Shown: positions 10,909 through 23,907, numbered from the stretch's first letter. The stretch: 64,000 nt of DNA from Amoebophrya sp. A120 (GCA_905178155.1 CAJINV010000016.1:1145386-1209385); one strand, 5' to 3'. The notes: generated by a model not told the origin, from the letters alone. Translations and numbers: made by a program.

Positions 10909-13900
10909 ATGATGAGCGACGACGTCGAGACCACAACGGCAGCCGACTCGAATTCTACACACAGCATGATGAACGAGCGCGAAGTTATTTTTACTAGCAA
11001 CGCCAGTACTTCTTCTGCTGGCAAGAACGTGTCTTGCGCGACCACCGCACCTGCTGGACGAGTCCGCCCACCCACAGCACCACCTGGTGTGCCTGCGCCA
11101 CAGCTTCGCCTGCCGACTGAGGCAAGAACAGCTGCTGCTCCATCTGTATATGTTGCAAATAACGTGGATCCAGATTGCTTATCCGCAGCTGGTGCTCGCG
11201 ACGGAAGTACTAGTCCAGCTCGCGTCGAGGACGGCTCCATGCGACCTGATCACCAGCAGGAGCAGGAGGAGCATGACCTTGACCACGTAGAACAACACAG
11301 AAACCATGATGAAAAAAGCTCCTCGTCCTCCGCCTCCATAGATGAGCATCCAGATCCACCTGATCTTCAAAGCAGCAACAGCAACAATTCTCACGCGCAC
11401 AACGTCAACATGTCCGTGCTTTCCTCCCACACAGAACAAGTACTAGACAACTCCACCCACCATTGCTCCAACAAACACAATCTCTCCGTTTTCTCGACCA
11501 CGAGCACCAGCTCGGTTGGCGCGCATCGGTTGCGGAGCGCGTTGAGCAGGCTCCAGGAACAGGTCATGATGCTGGAGGCGGAGATCGGGGGTTCAGGTTC
11601 TACTGCAAAAGACCCTTCTTTTGTGCCAATTCGCTCGGACGTCAAGCTGGAGAACAGCTCTTCTAGACTCCGATCGTCCACCATCGGTGGCTTTTTTCCA
11701 AGCCGACGGCAAAGGGAACAAGCCAAGGAGCAGCGACGCCGGCGGGACACTAATATCCTTCAGCGGGAGAGTAGTGGCAGTCCAGTGAACAGTGGCAATA
11801 AAGCTGGAACAAATACAAATACGCGGTCGACGAGAAAACAAGGGGCAAACGTCGCTGCAAGTGCAAGTACCAACCAGCGTTGTAGAGGACTTTTGCATGC
11901 CAAGTCTTCTCCTGGGGAAAATAACCGCGCGGCTGGCGCAAGATTGTCGAAAAGTTGTGGCTCATCATCTTCATCGTCTTTCTCTAACGCCAAAGGAAGT
12001 AACAACAACAACGATGGTAATAGGACCGAACAGCGAAAGGAACTGAACCTCGTGTACACCGGTTCGAAACTGTTTCAACAACAAAATTCCGAACATCACA
12101 TCATCCAAACCGCCGTCGTGTATACAGATGCCACTGGGGCACAGTACGTGCCAGCGGATGTTGTGTGTGACGAAGGTGGGCGACTTCGACCAGTTGCTGG
12201 AGATGGTACTACACACCCAATTGACATGGAAAATAACGACACTCCGATTTCCTCCATTGAAGGCCAGAGTTCCTCCGGCTGCAGTGACAGAACCGGCGGC
12301 AGCAGAAACAACGATAGTAGTACGCCCGGAGGAGAAGTTTCGTCTGGTAGTGGTAGACGACCCGCCGGTGCTTTTCACCACCACCGCACAACCGACGAAG
12401 AAACGGATTCCAGACGCAGCAGAAGCTCCACCGAACAGGAAGAGCAGCTGGTCTCCAGTGGGGGTCCCGCGATAGAAGACTCCGCAAGAAGCCGGTCGAG
12501 CACGATTGTCGGAGGACTTGGAACTTCGGGGCGGGGTCTTGGTGCAGTAGTCCCAGGTGCAGGTGGACCACCAGCGAATATTAGAGCCATTACCAGCACG
12601 AGTTCTGCCAGTAGCACTTCCAAAAGCTCCGCAGTAAGCAGCAACTCCTTGTGCTTTTTCAACAAGATTTCCACCTACGAATGCGATTCTCATCATTCCG
12701 GATCGGCGTCAAAGGCCACAACCGTTCCGTCGAGTGCGAATAACAGTGCGACGACCAGTCCCGTCGAATACGGAGTGGTGTATTCGGTTGACGGGAGCAC
12801 ATTGTTACCTGCCGGAACGACTGCGGTTTATCATGCAGGTACTTACTATAGCTATACCACTTTATCAATACACTAGATGTAGATTGATTTCCTCATGCAC
12901 GGACGTCATGCAGAGCGCAAGGAGCGAAATCAATCATGTAAGTAAAATGCTAAGTGTTGCGGCTGGTGTTGTATCTTCGCCACCTTCTTTTTCAAACTTT
13001 TCTTTCAGGAGGTGACCAGCCATCTCTTTCCCTCGTCAGCGTTACCGATTCACAAGTGCAGGCTGTCAGTGCGTTGCATCCGCTAGTACAACCGCCGCAG
13101 GGCCCTCCACCAACGGCGCCACAAGAAGGAAGATTACAAGCACAAGAAGCTGTAGTTGTAGTTGTTCCAGAGCCCGTGCCCGACTGTTTATTTCACAACG
13201 ATGTTCCGAAGAAGGAGACGATTGCTCCGTGTCTCTCGCCGGAGAAGGAAGTGCCAAATGAGGGAGAGCAGTACAACGTCGAGGAGTTGCAATTGTGCGA
13301 CCAGGAGAAGGAACGGTCTCTGTTAGTGAAGGCCGAAGATGAACGACCCGCGCCAGGCCTAGGTCATTGGTCCTCTCCCGACGCGTACCAGCAGTTTGCG
13401 CAAAACGTCGAGACCTGCTTGGTTGAACAGTGCGAGAACATCGGCACTGATACCAGCAAGAGGAGGCGGGAACGGAACGAAGAAAAGAAGAACAGCTCTA
13501 TCCTGTATGTCGGCGATTGTGTCCACGTTTTATCTAACAATAATTCCTCAATCAGTTGTCTCCAGCCAAACATCCTGAACCACGACCAGAGCGGGACGAG
13601 CCTACTCATGGAAAAACACCTCTACGCAGCTGACGGCTGTACTCCTCCTATCAGCGACACCGAGCAGAAAAACAACAACTCGAGTTTGTTTGACCTATCC
13701 GCGGTGGAGAATGTCGGAATGAACGCGACGTCTCTGTCGTGCAACATCGAACTCGAGCCGGTTTTGGAATTCGAAAGTGAGGAAATTTTGCTGGAGCAGT
13801 GTCCAGAAAGCCCAGAACAGCTGGTGATGGGGTCAAAACAAGAAGACATCATCACACGGGACGACGAAGTTCTTGATCACCAGGTGCAGCTAGTTTCGCC

Positions 13901-16900
13901 GCATGTTGAGAAGCGAAACTCGTCGAAGACGAGCACGTCAGCTGCAATAGAAATCGTCGTTGACACGGAGTTGCAGGAAAATATCGTCTTCGAAAACGCA
14001 CCAAAGGGTCAGGAGGCAGAGCAGGTACAACTAAAAACTTCTTTCAGCTTCCAGCCACCGTCGATGGTTTTGAACGCGTCAACTACTTCCGGCGCTGAGG
14101 TGCTGGCGACCTCCCCGGCGGACTTCGGTTCGACGACGACCGGCACTGGCGGCCGTGTAGATCATGAACAGGTTGGTGCAGTGGAGCTGCAACTTCAAGA
14201 GCAGGTCAACAATCCTCGCGACTGTATCGAGAAAGCTAGAAGTTTATCGCCACAGCCAGAAGAAGAAAACAGCGTCCTGTGCGCCCAGCTCGACGAGATG
14301 GTAGCGACCCGCAGCAGCCCTTCGGCGAAGGTAGAAGAAGTTGTTGCGGATGGATTGTTGAACAAAAGCAATGGTGTCGGACTAGAAGAAGAACTTGAAC
14401 AATTGCAGCCAGCGCCAACTTGTTTAGAAGACGTGCACTCGTTCTCGCCGAACTGCTGCTCCGAAGCGGATCATGAACACCCGGAGTACACGAGGAAGCC
14501 GCGTGAGGTTCTGCTGAAAACCAGGAAGCAAACGAAGGAGGTCTTGGTGAAAGAAGGAGCTCGTGTTCTTCCTGTGGATGATGTGGAAAAAGAACGAGTA
14601 GGCACTGCCGATGAAATGGTAATGAAGGAAGTGGAAGACAAAGAACTCCATCTGCAGGACATCCAGGTCTCGTCCAAGCAGACAACCTGTAGTGCGGTTT
14701 CGGACGACAAGAAAGGACACGACGAGGTGGACCACGATAGTTATCTTCTTCACGATGCCACAAAATCCTCGTCCTCTCTCATCACTCTTGTGGACGCGCC
14801 GGACCGCCTAAAGGAACCAGAACCGGAGGCGTGTGTCACGCCCGCAGCGGGGGCTTCCTCTTTTGCATTCCACGTGGACAGCAATCAGAAAGACAGGCGG
14901 AGCACCAGCTTGTGCGAAAACAACTACCTGGTGGACGCGGCTGCGTCGACAGCAGAAGTTGTTTCTCTTGCCACGACGCAGCCTGTAGTGTGTGATGCGA
15001 AAGAACAAGCCAGGACGTGGGACGGCGGAAAACAACCAGCACGACAACATGACAACTACATGCAAGATGAGCTGCAAGACCAGCAACTTCAGTCGGATTC
15101 CCTTCCCCATCCGCGATCCTCTATCCGCACGTTTTTGCAGACCAGTTTGCAGTCACACACGAACAACTCCGGCTTGTTGAACATCAAAGCTGCATCAAAC
15201 CGCTGTACGTATGGCCCCGAGATGTTCCACATTGGCGACGACGTGTCCAGTGATGATGGTGATCAATTTCTGGAGCAAAAGAATAACGCTAACGCTCTCT
15301 ACTTCCCGGGGGCTTCTAGCAAGAACAACCATGTATGAACTGCAAAAGTATCGCACTCGTATAAATGCATTACAAATTTCCTCAGCATGAGTTGGCGAGG
15401 TATTCACCGATGGGCTATTTGAGGTTTATTTCCGACAGACTGCAATTTTTTTTGGCGAAAAAAAAAAATCGCTGGGCTGAAGAGCCCTGATTGCCTTCGC
15501 GCTGGCAATCGGAGTTGTGGCGTTTAGGAGCCTGCGTCGCCTGAGCTTTTAGGCCATTAGCTGTTGACGGACATTGGCCCCCATCGCATTGCTTAATGTT
15601 TTTCCGGGTTGGCCTGTTGCGCTAGACCGGGTCGGGCGGGTCAGGACCTGCGTGGCTTGACGCGCAAGATCGCACGCAGCGCGCAGCGCTTCCAGGCGTC
15701 TTCGTGGCCCCCGTCCTGTGACAGTGGGGCCGCATTGAATTCGGCCTGGCGCACCAGCCACACCGGCGCCCGACAGTCCCGGCCAACAAGACGCCGCGGC
15801 GCGGTGAAGCGCTCTGCGAAAACTTTTTTGCTATGGGCCGGCGGCACAGCTGATGGGTTCGCCTGCTTGCGCGGCCTCCCCCCTGGCTTCGCGATGGCTT
15901 TGGTGGTTGGCCGGCATCGGGCCTCTCCCAAGCAAAGGCTGGGGTCTCGCATTGGCAGCGGTGCTTGAGGAGCAGCACACCACCCGGGGTCCTTAAAAGA
16001 AGAGCAGGCTTGGGCGGCCGGAAGTCTTTGCGGGTCACCGCCATGCCCCTGCGCCCGGGCCCGGCAGGGGCGTTCTTTTTCCGGGCCCCCCGCGCGGAAG
16101 GGGGGGTAAGCAGTTGCCTAAGAAAAATGCCCGGCCGGCCCCTGGATACAAGCGCGCCGGCCAAAGAAGGTGGCGAGCAGGGAAACGCAATGAAAACCGC
16201 CAAGCCCCAGCCTCCCGCGGCGGCTGCTTTTGCCCCCGTGAAAGCCCCCCGAAGCCTGCCCCCCCCTATTCTTAAAGCTTTGCCCGGCGCCTGCCGCGGC
16301 CCGGCCGCGCAAAATGCTGGCGCGCCACAACCGCCCCGGCGCGCCTTCCTGCTCTCAGGAGGCGCCATCGGCTGCCGGGCAAAAAGAAAAGGCCGCCGGC
16401 GGGGGGGCCAGCAGGATGCGCGACTAGCTCGGCCCCGCCCGCGCAGGTGCTTAGGCTGGGGCTTGGGGCCCGGGAAAGGTGTCGCGCGGCAGCGGGGGCA
16501 GCTTTATGGGCAAAAAAAGACCGCCCCCGCGCCCCGCGAATGGGGCGCAGCCCCGGGGACAAGAAAGGAAGCGACGCAACCCTTTGCATTTTCCCCAGCT
16601 ATCGCGGCTTGGCGCCGTTGTTGCCAAGCCGCCCGTGGGCTGAGGGCCAGCGGCCTGCGCCCAGGGGCGGTCCTCTTCGGGCAGGACTGCTCACGGGCGG
16701 CGACCGCTTGTTCGCATGCCCCCGGGCCTGCCGCGCCCCCCGGGCGACCCCGTCCGGGGGGGTAGTTGGAGGTAAATTTCTTACCGGGCGAAATTTGCGA
16801 AATATTTAGGTTCGTCTGCCCCTGATATTTACAAAATATTTAGCTCGAAACGCGACCACAGTGTTTTCCCATTGAAATCATTAAGGAGCCGAATCCGGCC

Positions 16901-19900
16901 GCGTTTCGAGCTAAATATTTTGTAAATATCAGAAGCGTTCCGAGCTAAATTTTCGCAGTGTTCCGGCAGCCGGGCCGCGGACCGGATTGGCGCTTCGCGA
17001 GGGCTTCCGGGGCCCCGGTGGTGCCTCTCCGACGCAGGCAGCAGGGCGACGGGCCCCAAGCCCCCGCCCGGGGAATGCAGGGCGGGCCCGGGGAAGAACT
17101 CGGGGGCAACGTGAAAAAGGCCGCAAAGGCTCCGCCGGCAAGGCCGGCGTCAGCGATGTCCGCTTGGGGGCTCTTCCGCTGCCCGGCCGGCCGCCCAGAG
17201 GATGTGGATGGGCGGCCCCTTGGCTTCGGGGAAGGCCCCTGCAGTGGGAGAGGGTTCGCGCAAGCTACCTGGCGCGCGCGTCCGCGGAACACCCGGGGCC
17301 CCCCGTCGCAGACCTTAGCCCGCCGGATGGCGCCGCCGCCTTCCGAGCCACTATCGCGCCCTTGTGCCCGGGCCCGGCCACAGCGCCTTTTTGGGATTTG
17401 CCCTCTGCCCGGCGGCACGCGAGGAAACCACGCAAAAGGCCCAAACCCCCGGCAGGCCGCGGCCGGAAAAAAGACCGGGCCGCGGGGCGGGCTTACCTGG
17501 AGACGCGTTGGCAGCCGGCCGCGTTGTTTTTCTGCCGGGCGCGTGTGCATGTTTCTGAAGTTCCCCAGCACCGGCCTGGCTTTTTGCAAAAATCCCCCCG
17601 CTTGTATTGCGCAAATCGGCCGAACAAAGCCGGCGCGCAGCGGGTGGCCCGGCGCTTCCTTTACCATGCCGCGGCCCCGACGCTCCGTTGGGGCATCCTG
17701 GCAAGCAGCCTCGAAGGACACGGAGCAGGGGCACGCGCAGCCGGGCAGCGGCCACACGGGGGGGCCGCGGCGTAAAGGGAGGTGGCAGGGGCCAAGCGAA
17801 AACAGGCAGGGCGCGAAGGAGGGTGGGAGGCCATGCGGCAATTGCCTGCTAGTGTGGGGCCCGCAAAAACGCAGCGGGGCGAAACCACACCACGGGCCGC
17901 GACGCGGTCTCGCCGCTGATGGCCGTTCCCCAGTCTTGGGTCGCTTCGAAAAAGTAGGCGCGCCAGGAGGCGCCCCGGCCTTTCCTTGAGATAGGCCGCC
18001 TAGCGGTTTCGGCAATGGGCCTTGCGGCAGTGCACGAAGCCCGTGCTGCTGCGGTAAGTATGGTTTTGGGGGGTGCGGAGGAGTTCCGGGTGGTGTACCT
18101 TGCGGTGTGGCGTGTCGCTCGGGAAAATCATCCGTGCGATTAGCCCGCAGCGTCATCTCCTTGCCGCCCTCATGGGGGTGAGTGTGTGTCGTGCCCCGTG
18201 CCGTGCAGCTGACAGCCATAAAGGAGAGGCCATGCTCAGGGGCCCCCATATCAACTCACGACTGGCCGCGGCTTGGCAAAAATGGATTTTGCATCCGAAA
18301 AATGTCGGAAATTTCGCCTGCAATACCCAAATCCGCACTACAAATTTTATTTCTCATGATGAGAAATAAAATTTGTAGTGCGGATTTGCCTCAAGAAAAA
18401 GATTTGTAATGCAAGACTTGCATTCGTACGAATGCGATACTTTTGCACAGGATACCACGACACCCCGGGCAAGATCGCACAGCAAAACATGGACAAGGCG
18501 TATCAAATGTAAAAATGTCTGGGTCTGGAAGAATGCAAGTTTGTCATGCTTGTCTGGCATGACTCCTAAAAAATCTGTCCTGCGCATTACCAAAGAGCCC
18601 CACTTTTCTGTCATGCAGAAACGTAGTTTGTCATGCAGAATAGGCAACACCTAGAAGCTCAGAAACTTGTCATGCTGAGCCAGCAAGTGTGGCCTCCTCA
18701 TGATACGCCACACAGCATCACAAGTTTCCAGACCCAGACATTTTTACATTTGATAAGGCGTTTGAGCAGGCAACACTGCTCTCGCAGTCCTTCACGTCGC
18801 CGTCGGTGGTAGTGAACGGTCTGATGGATGAGGAACTTCTCGTCGGCGCACAGCAAGTAGACAGTAACCACGAGGACAGTGATGGCGCAGCTGCTCTCCA
18901 GAATATTAGCGTCATCCGCGAGAAGCTGTTTGCTGATCTGAAATTTGGGTTTGGCGGGAAGGAAATCAAGAAGATGCGGGACGACGACGGGTACACGACC
19001 AAGAGCCGTGACTTTGCCATGCAGGAGAACAATTGCCGGGAAGACGACCGATATAAACATCCTTCGAACAATTACGCTGATGACCTCTCGGGGTTCATTG
19101 ACGAGCAAGAGGAGATTGATTTTGAAGATGCAGGGCCGTACAACACCAGCGGCCACCGAGGAGGAATTGGTGCCCAGTTTGATCATGCGCAACATACTGA
19201 TACTCGGGACCACGACTGGCGCGTAGAGCAAGCTGATGGCGATGGGGATCATTGTTTCGCCGAGTCCTTTATCAAATGCAAAGATGTCTGGGTCTGGAAG
19301 GGTGTAACTTGTGATGCACATTTCAGAACACAGAAAAATCTGTCATGCATAGCTAGCAAAAGCTGCCCAGTTTCTGTCACCAAACTGGGGGATTTGTCAT
19401 GCGGATTTGGCATTGCGGAAGCTTCTCGAAACCTGTGATGCTAGAGCTTCCATGCCCGACCTTCTCTGTCATGCAAAAATAGCATGACTCTTCCAGACAC
19501 AGACATTTTTGCATTTGATATCCTTCACCGCTGCGAAGAAGCGCAGGGTGGACGAAGAGGAGCACAATAAATTCGAAGACATCTACCTCTCACCGAATGA
19601 AGTTGTAAAGAACTCCTGTCGTGCGCTATGAGTGTGCACAACTCCACCCCCTCCCCCTCATTTGTAATGCAAAATACCAAATCCACATCTTGCCTTGAGC
19701 CACTGCCTGCATGGCAAATTTATTTGGAAGCTCAAACAGTACGACAACCCGTGTTCAGGTTTGTCATGCGGAAGCGACATATCTGCCGTTGTTTGTGTTG
19801 CTGTTCATGCCACACAAATGAAGGGCGGGAGGGGGAGTTGCGCGCTGTCATATGCGCCGTGGGACAGCGACAGAATGCGGTCGACGTTTTGGAAGGGCGA

Positions 19901-21302
19901 GGAACCAGGGGCCGGGGGGTTAGGAGGACTTTTGGTACACACACTCGCTGCTTTTCTTACCATGTGAATCTGATGCGATGATCATTTATTATGCCTAGAA
20001 GTACTCGAAGTATGCCTTTCCGGACGTTAATAGCGCGACACGAATACACAGCAACTTGAACGCAACAAGAAAAAAACGTAGGTCTTCGACGAGCCTGTGG
20101 TGCTTCATTTCGACCAAGAACCGAGGCACGACACGTCAGTTTCTCATCCAGTCGCTCCGGGAAAGAATAAAGGAAAGGCAAAGCGAAAAGGAAAGAAGCA
20201 TGGAACAAATGACCCAGCTCCTCAAGGTCGTTCTTGTGTTCCTTCGCGCGACAAGAAGCAGCTGCACGTTCGAGTGGTGACACCTGCCGAGGAGGACGAA
20301 ATTCAGTTTCGACGGGCTGGTACTGATTTATTCACTGACTTTGTCATGCAAATTCAGATTCTTTATGCGTGACACCTGCAGCGACGACGTTAGATTCCTG
20401 GAAAGCTGCCTCAAATTACGCCGAAAAATCGCCAATATCAAACCAGGCACAGCAGGAGCTGCCTCCAGCGACTTGAAGCTGCGGGTCGTGACCGCGAAGC
20501 CCGTGATGAAGAATGTCGGCGCCAGCAGGGTATGAATTGCAAAAGCATCGTACTCGTGTAGATGCATTTACAAATTTCCGCAGCATGTTTAGAAACAAAA
20601 TTTGCAATGCGGAACTACCTTAAGATAAAAACTTGTAATGCATGACTGCAATTACTACGAGTGCGATACTTCTGCAGTTCATACAGGGAAGACAACCACA
20701 ATTTCATCGACGAGCGAGATCTGGAAAACCCACAAACGAAGGAAGACTTGATCGCAGTGGATGAGAACGACGAGGAACAGCAGAAGCTCCTTCCTTCCAC
20801 CATAGTACAATCGGACGATGACGAAGAAGAAGACGAAGCTTCTTCTATCATGATTCTCTCCAGACTGCAGCACCACTGCGAAACCTTCGCGGAGACGGTA
20901 AGTAGTTGGTTTACAAGGAAACCGACGGAGCTTCTGAGTAGTAGAAGTGCTTCTTGCAGCAGCTCCACCGCGACGACCCAGAATGTTGGTTCTTCGGCTG
21001 CACCTCCAGGCGGTTCTTTGTCGCGACGGAACGACCAGATGAACAACTACGGCTCATCTTCTGACCACAGTGCGGCGGTCCAAGGAGCCTCGAGTAAAGA
21101 GCAGATCATCATCGCAGAGGATTTCCGCTTTGCAGTCATCATGTTGCTGTTTTTAACTTCAGTCCTGTACCTGTCAACGGTGGAGCACAACTTTCTGCAG
21201 GATTTTGTTCACGCCGTCCGGAAATATGTTCGCGTGAAATTCGGGCCGGGTCTGCACATCGGCGCGCCGGAAGCTGGCGTGGGGGATGTTCCGCATTCAT
21301 AA
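10909..21302 (+). CDS. Large low-complexity (S/E/Q-rich) hypothetical protein with a probable C-terminal TM segment; GT-AG intron 12839-13008, five introners; junctions in ~19935-20380 unresolved (could be two genes)
   Basis: ORFs 10903.. and 12954.. join via a GT-AG intron. The frame continues across 15334-18454 (NNH|DTPG), 18501-18755, 19270-19520, 19627-19852 and 20531-20693 (ASR|EDNH) to TAA at 21302. Confidence 0.6.
15392..18358. mobile_element. Unclassified GC-rich degenerate insertion nested in an introner
   Basis: Interrupts a family B element at ATGAG, which is repeated at 15387-15391 and 18359-18363. Strongly GC-rich, with a central 33-bp perfect inverted repeat and no recognisable protein. 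Confidence 0.7.
16822..16932. repeat. Perfect 33-bp inverted repeat with 45-bp spacer
   Basis: CTGATATTTACAAAATATTTAGCTCGAAACGCG at 16822-16854 and its reverse complement at 16900-16932; imperfect extension to ~16796-16957. Confidence 0.9.
18328..18388. repeat. Perfect 30-bp palindromic (inverted) duplication at the insert junction
   Basis: CAAATCCGCACTACAAATTTTATTTCTCAT-G-ATGAGAAATAAAATTTGTAGTGCGGATTTG. Confidence 0.9.
18501..18755. mobile_element. TAT...ATA introner, family A
   Basis: Family A TIRs; TSD AGGCG. Confidence 0.92.
19270..19520. mobile_element. TAT...ATA introner, family A
   Basis: Family A TIRs; TSD TCCTT. Confidence 0.92.
19627..19852. mobile_element. TAT...ATA introner, family D
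   Basis: TATGAGTGTGCACAACTCCACCCCCTCC...GGAGGGGGAGTTGCGCGCTGTCATA; TSD TGCGC. Confidence 0.88.
20531..20693. mobile_element. TAT...ATA introner, family B
   Basis: Family B TIRs; TSD CAGGG. Confidence 0.9.
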
Positions 21303-21738
21303 TGAATTCTGTGCGACGTTTCAATAGTAGAAAAGGGGTGAACAAAATAAATGCAGCAAGCTGTACAAGTCATCCGATAGTACAGGATGCAAGTTTAAAT
21401 TAATGCACAAAAGTTCTTATTAGCACGTCGGGGGCTGCTCGGTTGTTAGAGCGGCGGCACGCCAAGTTTCAAATTTAGTTCTTGAGGTAGTTTTCAGAAT
21501 CAGTACATCTTGAAAGAAGATGTCTATGCCAGTAGAAAAACTTTGACAAACAGCGTAAAAAAAATTCACAGAAGGCAATCGCAATAAACAGTTGACAAAA
21601 AAATTATATCATCTCAGCAGCTTGGCCTCCAATCGTTGATTCATTGTTGCAAATTTGACAGAAATACACCCAGATAGAAACCAACTTCAAACTCGAGAAT
21701 AAACCGTAGTTTTTTACTTGTATGTAAACCATCTTCAA

Positions 21739-22045
21739 TATGGTAGTGTCAGGTTTGAAATGGTCAAAGTTGAAATAATTTGTAATGCATAAAATGCATG
21801 GCCCGAAGTACGTGCGTTGCAGAGCGGGAAAGTGAGGCCGATTGTAAGCCTGTTTGGGGTTACAGCTCGAGCTGCTAAAGTAGCTTGAGAAAACCACCCT
21901 TCTTTGCCTAAACAGCATGACAGACTGGATTTAGGGACCGCCGAAATTTGTCATGCGCCAATTGGAAACTGGGTTCCAACTGGCATCCATTTTATGCATG
22001 ACAAATCATTTCAACTTTGTCGATTTCGATTCTGACAGTTCCATA
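21739..22045. mobile_element. TAT...ATA element, family C, outside any detected CDS
   Basis: TATGGTAGTGTCAGGTTTGAAAT...ATTTCGATTCTGACAGTTCCATA; TSD TTCAA. Confidence 0.88.
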
Positions 22046-22858
22046 TTCAATGTAACCTGTACAAATTCATCCCGTTCGTATTATCTATGAAACTTCTTGT
22101 ACAAGAAAAACTCCCATGTAGAATATTTCCGCTCACTCTAATTTAATAGCTACTAGTTATCTTACACCCAACAACTCTATATCTAGCTTGAACCAAGAAT
22201 CTTTATTCTGCCGCTGTATTTACGAAACCAACGAAACCAAGATACGCCACAGGATGGTAAAAATGCGGAGGAGATGTCCTTGGATGGGTTTGAGCAATGC
22301 ATTTGTACCAATATTAAGAGGAAAAAATGAAGAACAAGCAAAAATCTCGCGCATCTTTTCCGGCTGGTGTTGGTGAATAGGCAAGATGCTCCTGCAGGAG
22401 GGGTTTGCCGGCTGCGTTGTCGGTAAATTTAGTCTTTTCTCTAGCGCTTGGGGAAAGAGGTTGTATCCGTACGAGAGACTGTGTGTGTGATTGAGACGCA
22501 GGACAACTCTTCTACTAGGGGAGCTGTGGAGGTCGCGAAGGCAAATTTTTGACGAGTCTTGAGGGAGTTTCGTAGGTTTCTTGTACTACCATTGCGGTTG
22601 TTCTTCTCGTCGTCTGCAGTCAGGCCTCATTTACCACCACGCCGACCGTTTTGGACGAAATTCCAATTGGTCACGGGAAGGAAAAACGGAGTAAACAGAG
22701 CAGAAAATCTGGTACGTTGAAAATGAAATTACTAGAGACGCGCGGCCGAAGACCACATTTTCATATTTTCAAACCGAAATGAAATGGGAAAAGGATCGAT
22801 GAGTTCCTCTAATTCACACAAGATCAAGATGTTGATGTAGTTAATCAAAGCGAAAGCG

Positions 22859-23907
22859 ATGTCATTGCAGTTTTTCTTCCGGCGTTGTCGCCTGCGCCAG
22901 CAGGCCGCCGGCGGTCGAGCTCCTGCTGTCAGTCCAGGGACTTCTAAGTACGGCTCCGCGTTGCTGTCCACGGCGACGTTTGGCGCGGCAGGGATGTTGT
23001 TTCATCTCAGTCCTGGTATAGTGGTTCTTTTGCTAGAAACATAGATGGGGAAGAAACATATTTTATATTTTCTTGTTAATTTCAAATCTTCTTCATTGCT
23101 CAACAACGTCGAGGACGTGGAGTATGGGCAAGAATATTGATAATTCTCCCATCATTTTTCAACATCAACTGAAAACAAGGTATCGCGAATGGATTAGTCC
23201 CTGCAGCTACAGAGGACGATCCTTCGGCTTCGAATGGCCCCACGAAGACTTCTAACATGCAGGACATCGTCTTGGACGACAAGGGTGGGCAAGAATTCAC
23301 GGAGGTGGAGATCGAAGAAGATACGGAAATAAGCGAAGATGCTGTCGCAAGCCAGGAGCAGGAGGGCCTGTTCTTCGAAATGCGAGCCGGTGACGTCCCA
23401 GTGGTTGTCGTGGAGATGCGGCGCCCTGAATCTCTTTTCCTCACACCAGGAGATGACACAGGTGCAGCGCGTGAGGCGGCCTTCGGCTTCGGGCTGGGAA
23501 AAACTAAAACAATTTCTGATAACAAGAAGATCCCGGCTGAACCAGCCAGAGTTTTTTCCTATTCGCAGTTGACAGCACAGATTAAAGATGAAGGTAAGAA
23601 ATATCAGAATGTGCCAGAGAGTGACCAGCGTGACAGTCGCACTTTCGGCGTGAATGGGAGCAATGTACTAGTTTATCAGCAGATTGGCATGCCAGAGGAT
23701 GACTCTCAGAAGCCTATTGTTGTTATTGAGCACAAAGGCTTGCAGTATATGTTTCAGAAAGATGATCAAGGCACTTCTTTTCACATTGTGCCACTTGATA
23801 TTTTAGAATCTTCACAAGGAGAAAAGGATGAACAAAAAACGAGCAGCCGGAAAAGTAGCAGAAGAAGTAGCAGAAAAAGTATGAGGAGCTTGAGGGGAGG
23901 ACAGTAG
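22859..23907 (+). CDS. Hypothetical protein with an Arg-rich, mitochondrial-transit-like N-terminus; GT-AG intron 23016-23206
   Basis: MSLQFFFRRCRLRQQ...HLSP joined in phase 1 to ATEDDPS...MQDIVLDD (ORF 23257..23907). Confidence 0.6.

Larger units (their letters stand above)
15334..18454. mobile_element. Family B introner carrying a nested ~2.97-kb insert (3,121 bp in total)
   Basis: Left half TATGAACTGCAAAAGTATCG...CCTCAGCATGAG; right half ATGAGAAATAAAATTTGTAGTGCGG...CTTTTGCACAGGATA; TSD CCATG/CCACG. Confidence 0.85.

Noticed and set aside
15549-18249. Long ORFs (up to 434 aa) in the GC-rich insert, and similar ones at 30994-31994, 40150-41210 and 48215-49779
   Set aside because: They are open in most frames at once, P/G/R/A-dominated and have no domain motifs, as expected from stop-codon depletion at high GC.
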